Shown here one piece after another: positions 60,936 to 64,000 of a stretch of 64,000 bases of DNA. The notes under the pieces were generated by a model, which worked only from the letters and a program-made list of their open reading frames with translations, was not told the DNA's origin and did no database searches. The translations under genes were made by a program, and so were the position numbers. This DNA comes from Felis catus (Eukaryota). The stretch lies in the NCBI RefSeq assembly GCF_018350175.1, contig NC_058368.1, positions 118,174,001 through 118,238,000 on the forward strand. The letters are read 5' to 3'. Position 1 is the first letter of the stretch; each line of letters begins with the position of its first letter.

Positions 60936-61150
60936 GGGGAGCCTGGGTGGCTCAGTTGGTTAGGCATCTGACTTTGGCTCTGGTCATGATCTCGTGGTTC
61001 ATGAATTCGAGCCCCGTGTCCGAATCTGTGCTCACAGCTCAGAGCCTGGAGAGTGCTTCAGATTCTGTGTCTCCCTCTCTCTCTGCTCCTCCCCCACTCA
61101 TACTCTCTCCCTCTTTCTCTCTCTCAGGAAATGAATAAACATTAAAAAAA
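60936..61150 (+). mobile_element. SINEC
   Basis: Canonical head, body and tail. Confidence 0.92.
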
Positions 61151-61544
61151 ATGTTTTTTAATACTTAAATGTCATTTCCATCTTCGTGGATCATGCTCCT
61201 CCCTGCCCTGTGTTTATAGTTTCGACCCCTTCACGGATCTTTACTGGGAGCCTATGTAAAGATGAACCCAGAGCTTTTGGGTGGATATGCTAGCCCTCAA
61301 CTAGGCAGTCTACCTTTTTTTCTGCAGAGCTATATCTCTGGTTTTCTCTTCTCCCCAGTGCCTTCCATTAGCTCTTAGCATTAGTTTATTTACATTAGAT
61401 CCACATGATTCTTACTTTCCAAGAAGAGAAAGACGGAAGAGGTATTAGGAGACTGCCACTGCCAAGATCAGGGAGCTTTGGGGCACTGCACCATGGTTCC
61501 AAGCCCCAAGCCGTCCTGGCATCTTCCTGTCCTGCCCTAGGAAG

Positions 61545-61690
61545 TTTTATTTTTATTTTAGTTTTCAATTAATTAATTTTAAAATGACATCCAAGTTAGT
61601 GTATAGTGCAATAATGATTTTAGGAGTAGAATCCAGTGATTTATCCCCTCCGTATAACACCCAGTGCTAATCCCAGCAAATGTCTTCCTA
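61545..61690 (-). mobile_element. Short 5'-truncated carnivore/felid L1 3' end with TSD cctaggaa(g/t)ttt
   Basis: ggagtagaatccagtgattt...tataacacccagtgctaatccc; flanking duplication at 61536 and 61688. Confidence 0.75.
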
Positions 61691-62045
61691 GGAATTTTTA
61701 AAGATAAGATTACAGCTGGTGTGTTTGGGGGACAAATGAGTGCAGAGGGAGGTCCTTTCTGCTTTGGTAGCATGTCTGTGGCCTTTAAGCCTGCTTTCCA
61801 CCTCTGCTCTCCAAAGAGAGGCCAAAAGAGATTACGTGCCTGGTTTATTCTGGGTTGGAGACTTCCCGTCCTTTGCTGTGTTTACCCAAAGTGAGGTCAG
61901 CCTCATTCAGAACTCGGTGAGGTTGTTTTATGTCAATGGCATTTATAATTAAAATGTAGCCACAAGCTGGGCTCCCTAAAGCATTAGAGAGAGATGGAGA
62001 AGAAAAAGAAATTGAGCTTGTGGAAAAAAAAATTCCAGTGGTCTG

Positions 62046-62047
<2 letters not shown>

Positions 62048-62085
<38 letters not shown>
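62048..62085. repeat. (AT)n microsatellite
   Basis: Read directly. Confidence 0.95.
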
Positions 62086-62089
<4 letters not shown>

Positions 62090-63241
62090 AAGACTTTTCT
62101 TAGAATGTGTAAAGGTGTCTGCTTCTGCTTTGGGACTGAAAAAAAGGTGCCTGGAAAATTTTGATCTAGTCCATGGACTGTGTGATATTTAAAAAAAAAA
62201 AAATGGTTATCCAGAAAACTCTCTTCTGTATAACCAGATAAGGAGTGAGTGGGAAGAGAGGGGCAGGGATCCCTCTGGCATCACATCCCACCAAGATGGG
62301 AATACCCCACAGAGGGGAGTTTTTCTGCCCAAAGACCTGCCCTGCTCTCTGGCTTTGGCACCAGGGCCCAGCTCTGCCCACCTTGGTGATTCGAAAGCCG
62401 TCTTGACTTTCAGCCCCAGCTAGTGGGGAACAAAGTGCCTTTACCATCAGGTGCCGAGTCATAGTAAACTAGAAACCGGAAGTCTGTACTGCCCCAGTAC
62501 AAGGAGGCAGGAGGGATTGCACCCTAGAGGAGTCTGCCCTTTCTAAAGGGCTGCAAAGTAGGATTCCTTTGACCGGTGAACTCCCTTAGTGCCTTTAGGA
62601 TGTGGTTTGATTTATAAATATTTGATTGGCACACACTTTGCTCAGGAACATTTCCATTTGTGTGGTGAGCACTGCCAGTAATCCTGCTCCTCACACAGCC
62701 CTCCTGTGTGCTTGGGGAGGCCAGGGGGCGTTGGCCACAGAAGGCAGCAGATTGGGGATGCTCGTGAGCTTATTGTTCTTCTCCAGTTACTGGTGTAGAT
62801 ATTCATCCCATCGGGGAACAAGTCATGTCCCCCTTCGCCTGAGAGGAGACTCCAGCAGAAAGAGCAGAATCAAACATGGAGCCCCTCCTTGCTTTGCCCA
62901 AGACAGCACACTCGGCCAGAGAAGTTAGACAGGGCAGGCCTTGCTGGGCCAGGCGCTGGGCACATTTTTCCTACATGCCAGCCCTTGAGAGTTCCAAACC
63001 TAGATAGTCCCAGTGACACAGAGATGAAGAAAGGTAAGGTCAAGTAAGGAGGAAGGTCAAGTAAGCCTAGGGGTCAAGTAAGCCAGGAGGAGGGTCAAAT
63101 AGGCCTAGGGATGATAAGGGTGATAAATAACATTTTTTGAGCACCTACTGTGTGCCTGGCAGTGTGTATAACATTTTTGAGCTTCCTACCTTCCTGTGAC
63201 ATGGGAACTATTGTCATCCTTGTTTTTAAAATGAAGAAATT

Positions 63242-63466
63242 GGGGCGCCTGGGTGGCTCAGTCGGTTAAGCGTCCGACTTCAGCTCAGGTCACGATCTCG
63301 TGGTCTGTGAGTTCGAGCCCCGCGTTGGGCTCTGGGCTGATGGCTCAGAGCCTGGAGCCTGCTTCCGATTCTGTGTCTCCCTCTCTCTCTGCCCCTCCCC
63401 CGTTCATGCTCTGTCTCTCTCTGTCTCAAAAATAAATAAACATTAACAAAAAAATTTTAAAAAAAA
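63242..63466 (+). mobile_element. Young SINEC with TSD aaaatgaagaaa, inserted in a MIR
   Basis: Near-consensus copy; MIR continues as gaaactgaggc...aagtaacttccccacggt. Confidence 0.95.
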
Positions 63467-63806
63467 TGAAGAAACTGAGGCATGTGGGGAAGTAACTTCC
63501 CCACGGTGACAAGGAACTAGTAGACAGGGACCTACATCTACACCTATCTGACCCACACGACAGGCTTTGCAAATCCAGTATGTTTATTTGATCAGTTTGT
63601 GGGGCAAAACCACCATCACAGTATTGATGTCAATGGTGGTAGTGGTATGTGGAAAGAGACTTAGTCTTGGAAGAAGAAGCTATGGATCTGTGACAACCCT
63701 TCCCAGTTACTAGTTGGTCACAGGTCCTGTTAACTCAGTGTTTGCAGAGTGATGACAATTCATAACCTTGTGGGTTAAGTGGCAATGAACGAATCTAACA
63801 TAATGC

Positions 63807-64000
63807 GGGGCCCTGGGTGGCTCAGTTGGTTAAGGGTCCAACTTGGCTCAGGTCATGATCTCACGGTCTGTGAGTCTGAGCCCCGTGTTGGATTCTGTGC
63901 TGACAGCTCAGAGCCTGAGGCCTGCTTGGGATTCTGTGTCTCCCTCTCTGCTCCTCCCCCATTCGTGCTCTGTCTCTCTCTGTCTGTCAAAAATAAATAA
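63807..64000 (+). mobile_element. SINEC (tail cut by window edge)
   Basis: Canonical head and body. Confidence 0.92.

Larger units (their letters stand above)
54155..64000 (-). other. FGF1: FGF1 intron between coding exons 1 and 2 (partial; exon 1 outside window)
   Basis: No MAEGEITTF-encoding exon seen up to 64000; this intron is over 10 kb in human. Confidence 0.85.

Noticed and set aside
6804..64000. Recurrent ORFs of the type MAQSVKRPTSAQVMIS...LEPASDSVSPSLS
   Set aside because: All are SINEC translations, not a gene family.
1..64000. A novel multi-gene system, CRISPR array, or foreign or prokaryotic insert
   Set aside because: No long ORFs, operon-like structure, regular repeat-spacer array or abrupt foreign composition; the window reads as a mammalian FGF1 3' region plus repeats.

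Overview
Mammalian genomic DNA, most likely a felid or other feliform carnivore, judged from about 40 tRNA-derived Can-SINE (SINEC) copies of cat type. The only confidently identified gene is FGF1 (acidic FGF) on the minus strand. Coding exon 2 is at 54051-54154 (104 nt) and coding exon 3 at 48376-48570 (ends in TAA). A 3'UTR of about 3.1 kb carries four AATAAA signals, the most distal at 45277-45282. Coding exon 1 is not in the window and should lie beyond 64000. Positions 1-45200 are downstream intergenic DNA, largely SINEC, L1, MIR/L2, LTR and MER repeats with a few unique blocks; the other ORFs in the track look spurious. I found no demonstrably new system. The best leads are: tracts of strongly AT-to-GC-shifted old repeats (GC-biased gene conversion signature) in FGF1 intron 1 and at 29.7-30.1 kb; a NAGNAG acceptor on exon 3; inverted young SINEs flanking the frame-shifting exon 2; AP-1/ARE and nuclear-receptor motif clusters in the introns; an LTR-borne CTCF motif; and candidate plus-strand exons convergent on FGF1. 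Repeat family names and boundaries come from consensus sequences recalled by eye and are approximate.
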